Below are positions 31,516 to 42,226 of a stretch of 64,000 nucleotides of DNA, piece after piece. A model generated the notes under the pieces. The model ran no database searches. It was not told where the DNA came from and saw only the letters and a list, made by a program, of their open reading frames with translations. Numbering within the stretch: the first letter of the stretch is position 1; every line of letters begins with the position of its first letter. Source of the DNA: an uncultured delta proteobacterium (GTDB lineage: Bacteria; Myxococcota; B64-G9); NCBI GenBank assembly GCA_963754925.1, contig CAVWHX010000001.1, forward strand, positions 1 through 64,000, read 5' to 3'. A program made the position numbers and the translations under genes.

Positions 31516-32517
31516 CTATTCAGCACATTCAATCCGTTTGGCTCCCCGACGAAAGACTATCACCCGTTCAATGTTACCCCGGTCTTCGACCGGTAACAGC
31601 GTAAAGGCCTTGCAGTCGACTTCGTAGTCTCGAGAAGTGCCCTTGAGTATCCGACCATCGATCAGCTGCACCGTGATTGGTTTACCGACTTTCTGAGGAT
31701 AGGGTGTCCCGCGCGGGAGCAACAGAAAAATGGCTTTAAGCTGGTCAGTCGGAAATTCCTCGGCCGGAACGCTCCCGTTTGGTTGCGGATCAAGCTGAAT
31801 GAGGTCGGATGAAACATCCAATTGCTTGATCGTTCCGCGATGGCACACGCCGTCGAGGAAATGCACGATTGCCTTGCGGGGTCCTTTGAACTGTATGTCG
31901 GGCAGCGGCTCGAGCTCACGGCGCGCTGGTTCCGTGGCTGGCCCGCCGTCAATCTGATGGCTGACCACCCGAAGTTTGCCCAACGCAACGGGAGCGGGAG
32001 AGGCTGCTTGAGTTGCGTTGCTTCCCGGCTTGTTCAGCGGGGGCGACTCTGCCTTGACCAGGACGCCGTTTGCGTCGAGGGAGCCGGTGGCGGTATTGTC
32101 GAACAAGCTCTGTAATAGTTCTTGCCCTTCTTTTTCGGCAGAAGACGGACTGGGTGTATCTAGTGAATACGCATCGTTAAAGAGATCGCCCGCAACCGAA
32201 GGTTCGATCGAGGGAGACGCGTCGTCTAACGACAGCACCGGCAAATCGCGGTCGGTATCCTTAACGGAATCGAACAACGTGGTTGGATCAACCAGCTCGG
32301 CCTCAGGGAGCTCGTCTTCATGGGATGGCGCGACAACAGACGGCTCATCGCTGCCGAGTTCTTGGGTGCGCGACATGCTCTGTTCGCGATTGCCCAATTG
32401 ATCCGTGAGAAAGGAAAGCCGTTCAGCGTCGGATGCAGTGAAACCGAAACCCGAACGTTTCTTTGCCTGAAGAATAGTGAGTTCACGCTGGAGTTTATTC
32501 CTTTCAGTTGTTCTCAT
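31516..32517 (-). CDS. Hypothetical protein: acidic low-complexity linker plus a duplicated small beta domain
   Basis: C-terminal paired motifs IVHFLDG..HRG and TVQLIDGRILKG. Confidence 0.7.
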   Translation of the reverse strand: MRTTERNKLQRELTILQAKKRSGFGFTASDAERLSFLTDQLGNREQSMSRTQELGSDEPSVVAPSHEDELPEAELVDPTTLFDSVKDTDRDLPVLSLDDASPSIEPSVAGDLFNDAYSLDTPSPSSAEKEGQELLQSLFDNTATGSLDANGVLVKAESPPLNKPGSNATQAASPAPVALGKLRVVSHQIDGGPATEPARRELEPLPDIQFKGPRKAIVHFLDGVCHRGTIKQLDVSSDLIQLDPQPNGSVPAEEFPTDQLKAIFLLLPRGTPYPQKVGKPITVQLIDGRILKGTSRDYEVDCKAFTLLPVEDRGNIERVIVFRRGAKRIECAE

Positions 32518-32658
32518 ACGTTGCTCGCCTCGACAATTTAAGAGCAGATGATGCGCCCGCCAGCGGACTTCCTGATGATAGCTCTCGGGATTTGTTTGAG
32601 CAACTTCTTGTAAGGAAAAGCTTTGACACGCGCGGCCGCGCAGCGGGATGATGCCGGT

Positions 32659-33666
32659 ATGGCGGATAAGCGTATTCTGATTATCCGAACAGGCGGGCTG
32701 GGCGATACCCTGCTCCTGTGGCCCGCGGTCGTTGCCATTCGTCGGCGATTTCCAGACGCACAGATTGAAGTTATGGGCTATCGCGAACGCTGCGCTTTGC
32801 TCAAGGCGACCGTTGGGGCAAACGGAGCGCTGGATATTGAGGGCTCAGGGTACCATCATCTCCTCGACATCCGCGGCACGCTGCCGCCCGAGGTATGCGC
32901 TCGTTTTGGGGCGTACGATGTCGTGGTAGCCTTCGCGGCCCCCGGCGATTTTGTCTTGGCTGAAAACCTCTCGGCCTGCGGCACCCGCGAGGTTCACGCC
33001 TTTTTGCCGTTTCCATCATCGGGTGAGTCGATCCATGTCGCTACGCATTGCCAACGCTGTGTTTTGGAGGCTGATCTCGGCCTGGATGGTCCAGAACTTC
33101 TCATCCCGATCAGCGATACCGAACGTGCGACCGGGAATGAGATTCTGACCCGAACCGGCATGCCGAAAGATAGGCTTGCGTTGATTGCCCCCGGCAGTGG
33201 CTCGGCGCAAAAGAACTGGCCAACGGTACGGTTTGCCGCGTTATATAAAGCCTTGCAGGTCGAGGGGTACGAGCCGGTTTTACTGGAAGGGCCGGCTGAT
33301 CGTGAGGCGGTCCAGAACGTTGCTCATTACTTGAGCGATTATACCGTTTCGGTGCTCAGCGAGCTTATGCCGTTGGAATTAAAATCCGTGCTAGCACATG
33401 CGCGTCTCTACATCGGCAACGACGCCGGTCCTACCCATTTGGCCGCGTTGCTGGGCGTACCAACGGTCGCAATCTTCGGACCCAGCGACCCGGTGCTATG
33501 GCAGCCACTTGGTTCAACAACGGCATTGGTGTCGGGCGCGGTTTCCTGCGCGCCGTGTACGCACGAGGTCATGCACCGCTGCGATGATGGCTCGTGCCTT
33601 GAAAAGGTGAGTCTCAATCAGGTGCTGGCCGCGTGCCGCCGCGTATGGTCGGCGCGGCCTGCGTAG
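32659..33666 (+). CDS. Glycosyltransferase family 9 (heptosyltransferase-like)
   Basis: ILIIRTGGLGD, PGSG...KNWP, IGNDAGPTHLAA, IFGPSDP. Confidence 0.92.
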   Translation: MADKRILIIRTGGLGDTLLLWPAVVAIRRRFPDAQIEVMGYRERCALLKATVGANGALDIEGSGYHHLLDIRGTLPPEVCARFGAYDVVVAFAAPGDFVLAENLSACGTREVHAFLPFPSSGESIHVATHCQRCVLEADLGLDGPELLIPISDTERATGNEILTRTGMPKDRLALIAPGSGSAQKNWPTVRFAALYKALQVEGYEPVLLEGPADREAVQNVAHYLSDYTVSVLSELMPLELKSVLAHARLYIGNDAGPTHLAALLGVPTVAIFGPSDPVLWQPLGSTTALVSGAVSCAPCTHEVMHRCDDGSCLEKVSLNQVLAACRRVWSARPA

Positions 33667-33672
33667 CACGGT

Positions 33673-34038
33673 TCAGGTATCTTTTTTCGGGGTGGGCTTT
33701 TCTGCGGACGGTAACACCACGAGATTCGACTTGTCGGTCTTGAACTGAAGGCCCGCTTGATTATGCCCGACTTCTTCAATCGAGAGAATGGTATAGATTG
33801 ACAGGTGCAGGCTGCGGGTGTTCTCGAGCCGTTTCTTGAGGTTTTCCTCGTCAGGGTTTACCACCAAGGAATTCGAGTCAAAGACGAAGTCGCTGATGCG
33901 AATGAAACTCAGACCCAACGGAGAATCGTCCACCTTGTTAACCTTAATAGATATGGTTTTTTGTTCAATCGGGTCTCGATACGAAACCACAAAATATTTT
34001 CTGGTTTGTTTGTCGTTCACCGTCATGGGCTCCCTCAT
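33673..34038 (-). CDS. DUF1820-like protein
   Basis: SFIRISDFVFD...VVNPDEE.LK.....RSLHLSIY.ILSIEEV. Confidence 0.65.
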   Translation of the reverse strand: MREPMTVNDKQTRKYFVVSYRDPIEQKTISIKVNKVDDSPLGLSFIRISDFVFDSNSLVVNPDEENLKKRLENTRSLHLSIYTILSIEEVGHNQAGLQFKTDKSNLVVLPSAEKPTPKKDT

Positions 34039-34200
34039 TCGTGTTTAAGACTTACGATACAATACGAGTGGATGTCAAAGGTCGGCGCGATGGTTTGGCC
34101 CCGAACGTGCCAGCTCGCGTGACCGATGGTTAATTAAATTGCAGCAAAACGGTACTGTGATACTAAATTCTTATGTCTCGAACGCGTTGAGAAAGAAAGG

Positions 34201-35046
34201 ATGGTTGCGATGAAAAAGCTCCATATAGCTTGTATCGGCGCCGGAAATATGGGCAGTGCGTTTATACGGGGGTTGTTGCGTTCGCGGCATTTCTCGCCGG
34301 CGCAGATCTGCGCGGCTGACCGTAACGAGAACAAGCTCAAGCAGCTTGCCCATGAGCTGAAGATTCGCACGAGAACCGATAATGCGGACACGGTCAAGAA
34401 CGCCGATGTGGTGTTGCTCGCGGTCAAACCGCAGATCCTAGATAAAGTGCTTGTCGAACTGCGGGGAAAATTGGGACCTGAGGTATTAGTGTTGTCTATT
34501 GCTGCCGGCTTTCCCACCGGGTTGGTCGAGCGTGTCCTCAAGAATCAACCACGCGTGGTACGCGCCATGCCGAACATAGCCGCCGCGGTCGGGGCCTCGG
34601 CGACTGCCCTGTGCCGCGGCCAGTATGCTCGGCGTTCGGATCTGCAGCTGGCCCGGCGGCTGTTTGAATTCTGCGGCATGGTGACCGAAGTGGACGAGGG
34701 GCTGATGGATGCGGTCACCGGGCTCAGCGGCAGCGGTCCGATGTATGTTTTCATCATCATTGAAGCGCTCTCTGACGCCGGCGTGAGGATGGGTTTGGCC
34801 CGTGAAACAGCAAGTGCGCTGGCGATTCAAACGGTCCTTGGCTCTGCCCGCATGGTGCAGGAGACCAAGCTACATCCGATATTTCTGAAGGATTTAGTCA
34901 CTTCTCCGGGAGGAACATCCATCAATGCGCTCTACAGCATCGAGAAGACCGGCTTGCGCGCGGTCTTGATGGATGCTGTCGAGACCGCCACCCGCCGCAG
35001 CCACGAGCTCGGCCAGCCGTACTGCACTACTGATCAAAAAGATTAG
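34201..35046 (+). CDS. proC: Pyrroline-5-carboxylate reductase
   Basis: GAGNMG, AVKPQ, RAMPN, TGLSGSGP, VTSPGGTS. Confidence 0.96.
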   Translation: MVAMKKLHIACIGAGNMGSAFIRGLLRSRHFSPAQICAADRNENKLKQLAHELKIRTRTDNADTVKNADVVLLAVKPQILDKVLVELRGKLGPEVLVLSIAAGFPTGLVERVLKNQPRVVRAMPNIAAAVGASATALCRGQYARRSDLQLARRLFEFCGMVTEVDEGLMDAVTGLSGSGPMYVFIIIEALSDAGVRMGLARETASALAIQTVLGSARMVQETKLHPIFLKDLVTSPGGTSINALYSIEKTGLRAVLMDAVETATRRSHELGQPYCTTDQKD

Positions 35047-35054
35047 GGGCGCCC

Positions 35055-36665
35055 TCACTTAAGATTCCTTAACTCGCGACGTAAAACTTTACCCACCGCG
35101 CTCTTGGGTAAGGTGTCCATGAACCGAATGGATTTCGGTATCTTAAAGGTCGGCAAATGTTGCCGGCAGAAACCCAGGATTTCTTCTTCAGTGGCGGCGC
35201 CAGGCGTTTTGAGGACGACAAACGCTTTTACCACCTCGCCGTAGACCGGATCGGGAATACCGATAACCCCCGCCTCAAGGACCTCCGGATGTTGGTGCAG
35301 AATATTTTCGATCTCTTTCGGGTAGATATTCTCTCCTCCGCGGATGATGAGATCCTTTTTGCGCTCGGTAAGGTAAAGATAGCCGTCTTCGTCCGCATAC
35401 CCGATATCACCCGTATGGAGCCAGCCGTTGCGGAGGGCCTCCGCTGTTTCCTTAGGCTTCTTCCAGTAGCCCTTCATCACGCCGGGGCCTTTAATGACGA
35501 TCTCTCCTACCTGACCTGTTGGCGCTTCGCGGTCGTTATCGTCAACTATCTTGATGGTGTTGCATTTCTGGTAACATTTTCCTATGGAACCGTATTTAGG
35601 TGGCCGCCTGCCGGCGATATTCCCACAATTGACCGTGGTTGCTTCGCTCAGACCGTACCCTTCCCAGATATCGATACCGTATTTTTCCCGCCACTGACGG
35701 GCGACTTCCAACGGCATGGGTGCGGATCCGCAGATACAGGTCTTCAGCGACGTTAGATGATACCTCGAGGCGTCGGGATGGTTCAGCATCTGAATAAACA
35801 TAGTCGGCACACCACGAAAATCGGTAACCTTATGCTGTTCTATGGATTTCATTGCCTCTTCAGGGTCAAAACGACTGAGCATGACTAATTTCCCCCCGGT
35901 CAGGTACTCCAGATTGACTGCAAACACGCCGTAGCCGTGAAAGAGGGGCAGGGCGATGAGCGAAACCCGTTGTCGGCAGACGCCAAAAATTTCACCTTTA
36001 TTTTCGGCTTCGTTAGCCAGCCCGCCATTCTGCTCATGTATAATGCCCTTAGCGGAAACGCCCCAGGCGTCAAGCAACACCACATCATAATAACCAGTTA
36101 CATGGGTGTACCAGTTGAAGTGGGTCAGCATGACGCCTTTCGGGTTTCCGGTGGTGCCCGCGGTGTATATAATCACCGCCGTATCGTCATTATCCGTATC
36201 TTCAATAGATAGCGTGTCAGGTTCCCGCTCGACGATGCTGCTGTATGGCAGCGCTTCCTTCGGGATGGAGTCCCCGACCATGATCATGTGTTTTAGGTCG
36301 GGCGATTCCCTTCGGGCTTCCCTGATGACGTCGGTGTAGTTTGAATCACTAATCAAGACCGATAAGCCTGCATCGCGGTACAGGTAAGACAGCTCGTGCG
36401 CCCGTAGGGACGGGTTGATCGGCACCACGATCGCCCCGATTTTGAACGTTGCGAAAAATGCTTGAATAAGCTGTGGACAATTGAGCAGCTGAACGCCCAC
36501 CCGGTCGCCCCGTTTGATTCCTAGTTTTTTCAGGGCATTGCCCAATTGGTTGGCACTGCGGTTCATTGCAACATTGGTTTGCCACGTACCTGCATAGTGG
36601 ACAAACTCATATTCGCCGAACCTGAGGATATTATCGTCCGCAAAACGCCCAATGTTCATGGTCAT
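35055..36665 (-). CDS. Long-chain acyl-CoA ligase (AMP-binding enzyme)
   Basis: YTAGTTGNPKG, EGYGLSE, WLHTGD, RKKDLIIRGGENIYP, LPKSAVGK. Confidence 0.94.
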   Translation of the reverse strand: MTMNIGRFADDNILRFGEYEFVHYAGTWQTNVAMNRSANQLGNALKKLGIKRGDRVGVQLLNCPQLIQAFFATFKIGAIVVPINPSLRAHELSYLYRDAGLSVLISDSNYTDVIREARRESPDLKHMIMVGDSIPKEALPYSSIVEREPDTLSIEDTDNDDTAVIIYTAGTTGNPKGVMLTHFNWYTHVTGYYDVVLLDAWGVSAKGIIHEQNGGLANEAENKGEIFGVCRQRVSLIALPLFHGYGVFAVNLEYLTGGKLVMLSRFDPEEAMKSIEQHKVTDFRGVPTMFIQMLNHPDASRYHLTSLKTCICGSAPMPLEVARQWREKYGIDIWEGYGLSEATTVNCGNIAGRRPPKYGSIGKCYQKCNTIKIVDDNDREAPTGQVGEIVIKGPGVMKGYWKKPKETAEALRNGWLHTGDIGYADEDGYLYLTERKKDLIIRGGENIYPKEIENILHQHPEVLEAGVIGIPDPVYGEVVKAFVVLKTPGAATEEEILGFCRQHLPTFKIPKSIRFMDTLPKSAVGKVLRRELRNLK

Positions 36666-36678
36666 GTTTCCTTGCGTA

Positions 36679-39600
36679 CTAATGACCAAGGGGATGAGCG
36701 CTCGAAGAGCGCTTCAATCGCTTGAGCAGATTGCGCGCGCTCTCGAATGACGAGTAGATCGCCGGGACCACCAACAGGGTCAGCATGGTCGAGGTGATAA
36801 GTCCGCCGATCACCGCCACGCCCATCGGGCGGCGGATCTCCGAGCCTTCGCCCAACCCCAGGGCCACGGGGAACATGCCGAATATCATCGCGAAGCTGGT
36901 CATTAAGATCGGGCGTAACCGTACCGCGCCCGCCTCGATCAGCGCCTCGCGCACGGCAAGGCCGCCACTCCGGCGCTGATTGGCGTTGTCCACTAACAGA
37001 ATGGCGTTTTTGGTGACCAAGCCCATGAGCATGATCAGGCCGATGAAACTGATCATTGAGAGCGATTGTTGCGTCAGCAACAGGGCGCCGAACGCGCCGA
37101 TGATCGAAAGCGGCAGGGACATCATGATGGTGAAGGGATGCAGGAAGCTTTCGAACTGCGCCGCGAGCACCATGAAAATCATGATGATCGCCAGGATCAA
37201 AGCCTGGGTCATACTCTCGAACGACTCCTTCATGATCTCGCCTTGTCCTGAGAATTTCATCTGTACCGCTTTCGGGACGATTGTTTCAGCTTCTTGGGAG
37301 ACTATCTTCTGAGCAGAGCCGAGAGCGATGCCCTGCAAATTTCCGAGAATGGTTACCTGACGGATACGATCCTCGCGATCGAGTTGCGCCGCGGCGTCCT
37401 CGGTGGTGGGCGTCACCAACTCGCCCAATTCCACCAAATTGCCCGCCGGTCCCCGCAGGGGGATGCTGAGCACCGCCTGACGGCTGTTTTTATAGCTTTC
37501 AGGGGCCTTGACGATTACTTTATAACGGTCCGGGCCATCGCGAAACTGGGACGTATCGGTTCCCTGAATCGCCGTGCGCACGGTCATGGCCACCTGGGCA
37601 GGGCTTAAGCCCGCGGCCGAAATTTTATCACGATCTATCTTGAAGCCATATTGAGGCCTCGATCCGCGATCCGAGATGGTCAGGTCGACGATCGTCGGGT
37701 GCTTCTTCAACGCCTTGACTAGTTTTTGCGCTGTCCTACGAAGCTCGACGGAGTTGTCGCCGCGTAGCTGAATGTTCAGCGGCCGAGCCATATATTCGGC
37801 ACCGGCGGTGCCGATAGCAGCTTGGGTTACTGAAATATCTTCTTTCGGGAATTGCTTGGCGAAAAGATCGCGCATAGCGGCGCTGATCTCTTCCTGGCCG
37901 CGGGCGCGCTGCTTTTTAGATGACAGCTTCACATACAATTTGCCTTCGTTGACCTTTTGCTTGGAGCCGGCGCCTATGGTCGCCAATTGGTATTGTACTT
38001 CGGGAATATTTTTCGCGATGAGTTGGCGGATTTGTTCGCCACGGGCATAGGTTGCCTCGATGCTGGTGCCCTCGGGCATGGAGAAGTCCACATCGAGTTC
38101 GCCGCGGTCCATCTTCGGTTGAAACTCGGTTGGGATATACCTTGCGAGGAACAAGGCTACGATGAGTGTAATGATCCCGGTCGAGATGGTGAAAAATCGG
38201 TGATGGAGCACCCAGCCGATGGTCGCACGGTAGCCGCGATCGAGGGCCGCGAGTCCTCTGCCGATGAACAGGTAGATCTTTCCCGGATTATGGTGCCCGA
38301 GCAACTGCGAGGCGCCCATGGGAGTAAGGGTAAATGACACAAACAATGAAACCATCACCGCAAAGGCAACAGTGAGACCAAATTCATAGAAGAAGCGGCC
38401 GACAATGCCCTTCATGAAAGCCACCGGGACGAAAACTGCTACTATCGATAGGGTGGTAGCCATTACCGCCAAGCCGATCTCGCCAGTTGCGTCCTTGGCC
38501 GCTTGCACCGGAGACTTGCCCATTTCAATATGGCGGTAGATATTTTCAATGACCACGATAGCGTCATCGATCAGCATGCCGATCGATAGCGATAGTGCGA
38601 GTAAGGTGAGGTTGTTTATGGTGAAGTTGAGCAGCCGCATGAAAGCAAAGGTGGCGATGACCGATGTGGGCAACGCCAGAGCGCTGATAAAGGTGGCACG
38701 GCCGTCTCGTAAAAAGAACAATATCACCATCACAGCGAGGATGGCGCCCAATATCAAGTCCTCGATCACTTGGTCGACCGATTGGCGGGTGAATCTCGAA
38801 ACGTCTTGTGCCACTTTCAATTTAAAACCCGCCGGCAGGTCGAGCTTTTCGTGTTCTACCGCATCGATGACTGCCTCGGCGACCGCGACGCTATTGGCGT
38901 CGGATTGCTTGCGCACGGAAAGGGTGAGCGCGCGCTCTCCGTCAAAGGCGGCGAGGGTCCGAGCCTCTTCGGAGGTGTCCTCCACGGTCGCTACGTCCAT
39001 CAGTCGAACGGGCGCCCCCTGGGGACTCGCGATTACCAGTTTGCGAAGTTCGTCGAGATCTTCGGCCTCGCCGTGGGTTTTGAGCAACAATTCTTGATTG
39101 CCGATGGTTAGCCTACCGCCGGGAACGTCCATGTTGCCGTACGCCACTGCCTGTTGGACGTCGGACAGCGCCATGTGGTAGTTGCGAAGCCGCGTTGGAT
39201 CCACTTGAATGTGGATCTCGCGCTCTTGTTTCCCAAGGATGTCGATCATCCCGACACCGTTGATTTGTTGCAGCTTGGTGCGGGCTTTCTTGTCGGCCAC
39301 GTAGGACATACGCGCGATGCTGGTGTTGGGCGGCCCGGTTAGGACCAGGGCCACGACCGGGGCCGCAAGGACATCAAGCTTTTGGATAACCGGTGTCTCG
39401 GCGTCGGTAGGCAGGTCGCGCTGAATCTTGGCGATCTGATCGCGAACGTCCTGAACCGCGCGATCGGCATTAACATTGAGCTCGAACTCAAGAAACACCA
39501 TGCCATAGCTCTCGACCGCCGAGGAGGTTAGTTTCTTCAATCCTGATATTGTTGAGGTTGCGTCTTCGATTGGTTCTAAGACGCGATTTTCCACCACGTC

Positions 39601-39768
39601 CGGGTCCGCCCCGGGGTAGACTACCGTAACGGTGACATAGGGAGTCTCAACCTTGGGCATCATATCAACGCCAAGGTTAATATAGCCAATCGCTCCAAAG
39701 AGGATCAGAACGGCTGTGATGATGACGGTAAAAACCGGCCGACGAACTGAAACATCCGAGAGTATCAC
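36679..39768 (-). CDS. RND efflux permease (AcrB/AcrD/AcrF family)
   Basis: SVRRPV, GMLIDDAIVVIENI, GLVTKNAILLVD, RLRPILMT; 1029 aa. Confidence 0.95.
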   Translation of the reverse strand: MILSDVSVRRPVFTVIITAVLILFGAIGYINLGVDMMPKVETPYVTVTVVYPGADPDVVENRVLEPIEDATSTISGLKKLTSSAVESYGMVFLEFELNVNADRAVQDVRDQIAKIQRDLPTDAETPVIQKLDVLAAPVVALVLTGPPNTSIARMSYVADKKARTKLQQINGVGMIDILGKQEREIHIQVDPTRLRNYHMALSDVQQAVAYGNMDVPGGRLTIGNQELLLKTHGEAEDLDELRKLVIASPQGAPVRLMDVATVEDTSEEARTLAAFDGERALTLSVRKQSDANSVAVAEAVIDAVEHEKLDLPAGFKLKVAQDVSRFTRQSVDQVIEDLILGAILAVMVILFFLRDGRATFISALALPTSVIATFAFMRLLNFTINNLTLLALSLSIGMLIDDAIVVIENIYRHIEMGKSPVQAAKDATGEIGLAVMATTLSIVAVFVPVAFMKGIVGRFFYEFGLTVAFAVMVSLFVSFTLTPMGASQLLGHHNPGKIYLFIGRGLAALDRGYRATIGWVLHHRFFTISTGIITLIVALFLARYIPTEFQPKMDRGELDVDFSMPEGTSIEATYARGEQIRQLIAKNIPEVQYQLATIGAGSKQKVNEGKLYVKLSSKKQRARGQEEISAAMRDLFAKQFPKEDISVTQAAIGTAGAEYMARPLNIQLRGDNSVELRRTAQKLVKALKKHPTIVDLTISDRGSRPQYGFKIDRDKISAAGLSPAQVAMTVRTAIQGTDTSQFRDGPDRYKVIVKAPESYKNSRQAVLSIPLRGPAGNLVELGELVTPTTEDAAAQLDREDRIRQVTILGNLQGIALGSAQKIVSQEAETIVPKAVQMKFSGQGEIMKESFESMTQALILAIIMIFMVLAAQFESFLHPFTIMMSLPLSIIGAFGALLLTQQSLSMISFIGLIMLMGLVTKNAILLVDNANQRRSGGLAVREALIEAGAVRLRPILMTSFAMIFGMFPVALGLGEGSEIRRPMGVAVIGGLITSTMLTLLVVPAIYSSFESARNLLKRLKRSSSAHPLGH

Positions 39769-39842
39769 TACGTACCTCCACGTAGGAGTCTGAAAATCCC
39801 CTGCCGATCGATGGGTATGTTAAGGTGGTGCATTATGGAATA

Positions 39843-40829
39843 TTAGGGAACATTGGCTATGGGGGTTTCAGCAACGCCAACGGGAGCGCCATCGTCGGCG
39901 GGAATCGTCGGGAAACGTACCTGGGCGTACAACCCGGCCGGCAACGTATGGTCACGATTGTTGATACGGATTATTGCCTCGGCCGAACGCGTAACCGGAT
40001 CAACTACTTCGGATATTCGGTCTATCTTCGCTGGACGGTCGAAGTTCATAGCTGGAAGAACCACGGAGACCGGCATTCCGAGCTTAATCTGGCCGAGTCT
40101 GCGTTCCGGTATAGGCACCGTTACCTCAAGAATGTCGGTGTCAACCAAGGCGAATGTCATCGTCGGCGGCATGGTTGTGATCATCTGGCCCTCTTCGGAG
40201 ATTACCTTGGTGATGACGCCGGAGAAAGGAGCGCGTAGGTTGGTGTCGGCGAGCGCCTGCTTGGCCGTGCGCAGTCCCACATCGGACGCCTGAGCCTGCA
40301 GCTCGGCCAATCGCACCGCAAGCTGGGCCTTTTCCAGGGTGGTGCTCGCTACTGCCGAGGCCGTATGCAGTTGCTCGGCTCGAACGAGGTCGTTTTTGGC
40401 ATTGTTGAGGGCTTCCGTGGCTTGCTTGGCGGCTATCTCGGCCGACTCCACCCGTAGAACAATGTCGGTTGTGTCGATGACGCCCAGCACCTCTCCTGCA
40501 ACCACCCGTTGGCCCTCGCGCGCTTTAATCGAACGAAGAATGCCGCTTATTTTGGATGAAAGTACCGACGTCCGCATGGCCTTGGCGATGCCAGAAAGTT
40601 GATAGACTCCCGGGTGCGGAGGGGTTTCCTTCGATATTTTCGTATCTTCAGTTTTCTCTACGCTCGAAGATGGCGCCGGGGACTGGGTCGTGGCCTCCGT
40701 GTCGGTCTGAGCCGTAATGTGTTGTTCTTCCATCGCTTTTGAGCTGTTGCAACCCGGTAAAAAAGCTAGGCTTATGAGGCAACTAAAGATGATGTTAGCA
40801 TAACGCAGCATTCCAAACCTCCGGAACAT
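39843..40829 (-). CDS. RND membrane fusion protein (lipoprotein)
   Basis: LPGC lipobox, KISG...EGQRV..G, LRAPFSGVI, VDPVTRS, LPAGLYA. Confidence 0.92.
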   Translation of the reverse strand: MFRRFGMLRYANIIFSCLISLAFLPGCNSSKAMEEQHITAQTDTEATTQSPAPSSSVEKTEDTKISKETPPHPGVYQLSGIAKAMRTSVLSSKISGILRSIKAREGQRVVAGEVLGVIDTTDIVLRVESAEIAAKQATEALNNAKNDLVRAEQLHTASAVASTTLEKAQLAVRLAELQAQASDVGLRTAKQALADTNLRAPFSGVITKVISEEGQMITTMPPTMTFALVDTDILEVTVPIPERRLGQIKLGMPVSVVLPAMNFDRPAKIDRISEVVDPVTRSAEAIIRINNRDHTLPAGLYAQVRFPTIPADDGAPVGVAETPIANVP

Positions 40830-41044
40830 ACATCTACCTTCTTAGAATACAATCGGCGCGTCATCCAATTGCTTTAGATGAAAAAAATGTCCCACTCGAC
40901 GCTTGCTTCCTTTTAGGAATCGACCTGCTCGATCGCGTACATTTTATACGGAGCATCAAAGCAATATCTGCTATCAATTAGCATGGAAAGACGTTTTTGT
41001 CAATGAAGCCTCTGTGGTTAATAATAGGTTGGGTTAATAAGGTG

Positions 41045-41992
41045 TTATGCGTTCTGAGGTGGCATTTCTCCAGATCCACGAACCAAATAAACAATGGTCG
41101 ATACCAGTGCCACTGGTATCACATGCAACATATGATAAACGAGCGCGAAAGCTAAGGCGCTTGTTTGGTCTATCCCCTGCAGCATCAATGCCGCGACCGC
41201 TCCGACTTCGAAAGTGCCGAGATTGGCGGGCGGACCAGGAATGGCGATGGCAGAGTTAATCCCCACCAACACATACAATGCGTTTGCTATTTCCCAGGGC
41301 AATCCCATGGCGTAAAAGGTAAGGAGCAACATTCCTATCTCAACCGTCCAGCCGGCGAACGATAGCATGGTCATCAAAAGTATCTTTCGCCGGGTTAATG
41401 CGGATAATGCGGTGCGGAATCCGGCGCTGAGGCGGCCCGAAGATTTCAATTTAGGCAATATCCGGCGCCTGGATATGAGCAGCATGAGATAGATTATCAC
41501 GAGCAATCCAGCAAGCGCCCCAAACCAGGGCGGAACTAATCCGGTTAAGCTTGAAAGCGCGATTAACAACGCCAAAACAGAGTATTCTGTAAGGCGCTCG
41601 GCCAACACAGAACCTAGGTTGGTAAGAAATGTTGCGTTGGTGCGATGCAATCTGGCTGAGCGAACAAATTCTCCAGAAGAAAAACCAATCGCAATATTTG
41701 CCAAAAAACCCTCTAATAGAGCAGCAATTATTTGAATGAGGGGAGGGGGATTTGCCAGAGCCACCTTCCAGCGCAATGCCTTTGCCGGTATATACAACGC
41801 AAAGTTCATTATTATGGCGATAATCAGCGGCCAGACGATCAGGGTCGGCAGATCCGCTTCCCAGGGGCGCTCGCGAAAAATAAAAATTCCTAGTAACAGC
41901 AATGGCAAAAAGCGTAACGGAAGCAACCAAAAGCGCCGATTACCCCCGGAGAATACATTAGTATATTTCAATAACGCGCTCCTTACTGACAC
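41045..41992 (-). CDS. UPF0104 / lysylphosphatidylglycerol synthase TM-domain (flippase-like) protein
   Basis: LRW, GFLAN....SSGEFVR, ERLTE, PGPPANLGTFE; multiple hydrophobic segments. Confidence 0.82.
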   Translation of the reverse strand: MSVRSALLKYTNVFSGGNRRFWLLPLRFLPLLLLGIFIFRERPWEADLPTLIVWPLIIAIIMNFALYIPAKALRWKVALANPPPLIQIIAALLEGFLANIAIGFSSGEFVRSARLHRTNATFLTNLGSVLAERLTEYSVLALLIALSSLTGLVPPWFGALAGLLVIIYLMLLISRRRILPKLKSSGRLSAGFRTALSALTRRKILLMTMLSFAGWTVEIGMLLLTFYAMGLPWEIANALYVLVGINSAIAIPGPPANLGTFEVGAVAALMLQGIDQTSALAFALVYHMLHVIPVALVSTIVYLVRGSGEMPPQNA

Positions 41993-42226
41993 TGACGTTG
42001 TCGAAGGTATAGCTTAAGGCGCTTGCTTACAAGAATTCGTTTAGAGTTACTGGTTCTGTAACTGGTTAATTTTTGAAATTTCATTTTGGGAGCATCGATA
42101 CGCAAGAAAGCATCCAGCTTTTTAGAAGGCGATAGTTTCCAGTAAGTTGAGGAGATAAAGAATGTATGCTAACTTATATCGTAAGGCAGCGTACGTTATC
42201 AGACATTGCTCCGGGGGTCCATTGGT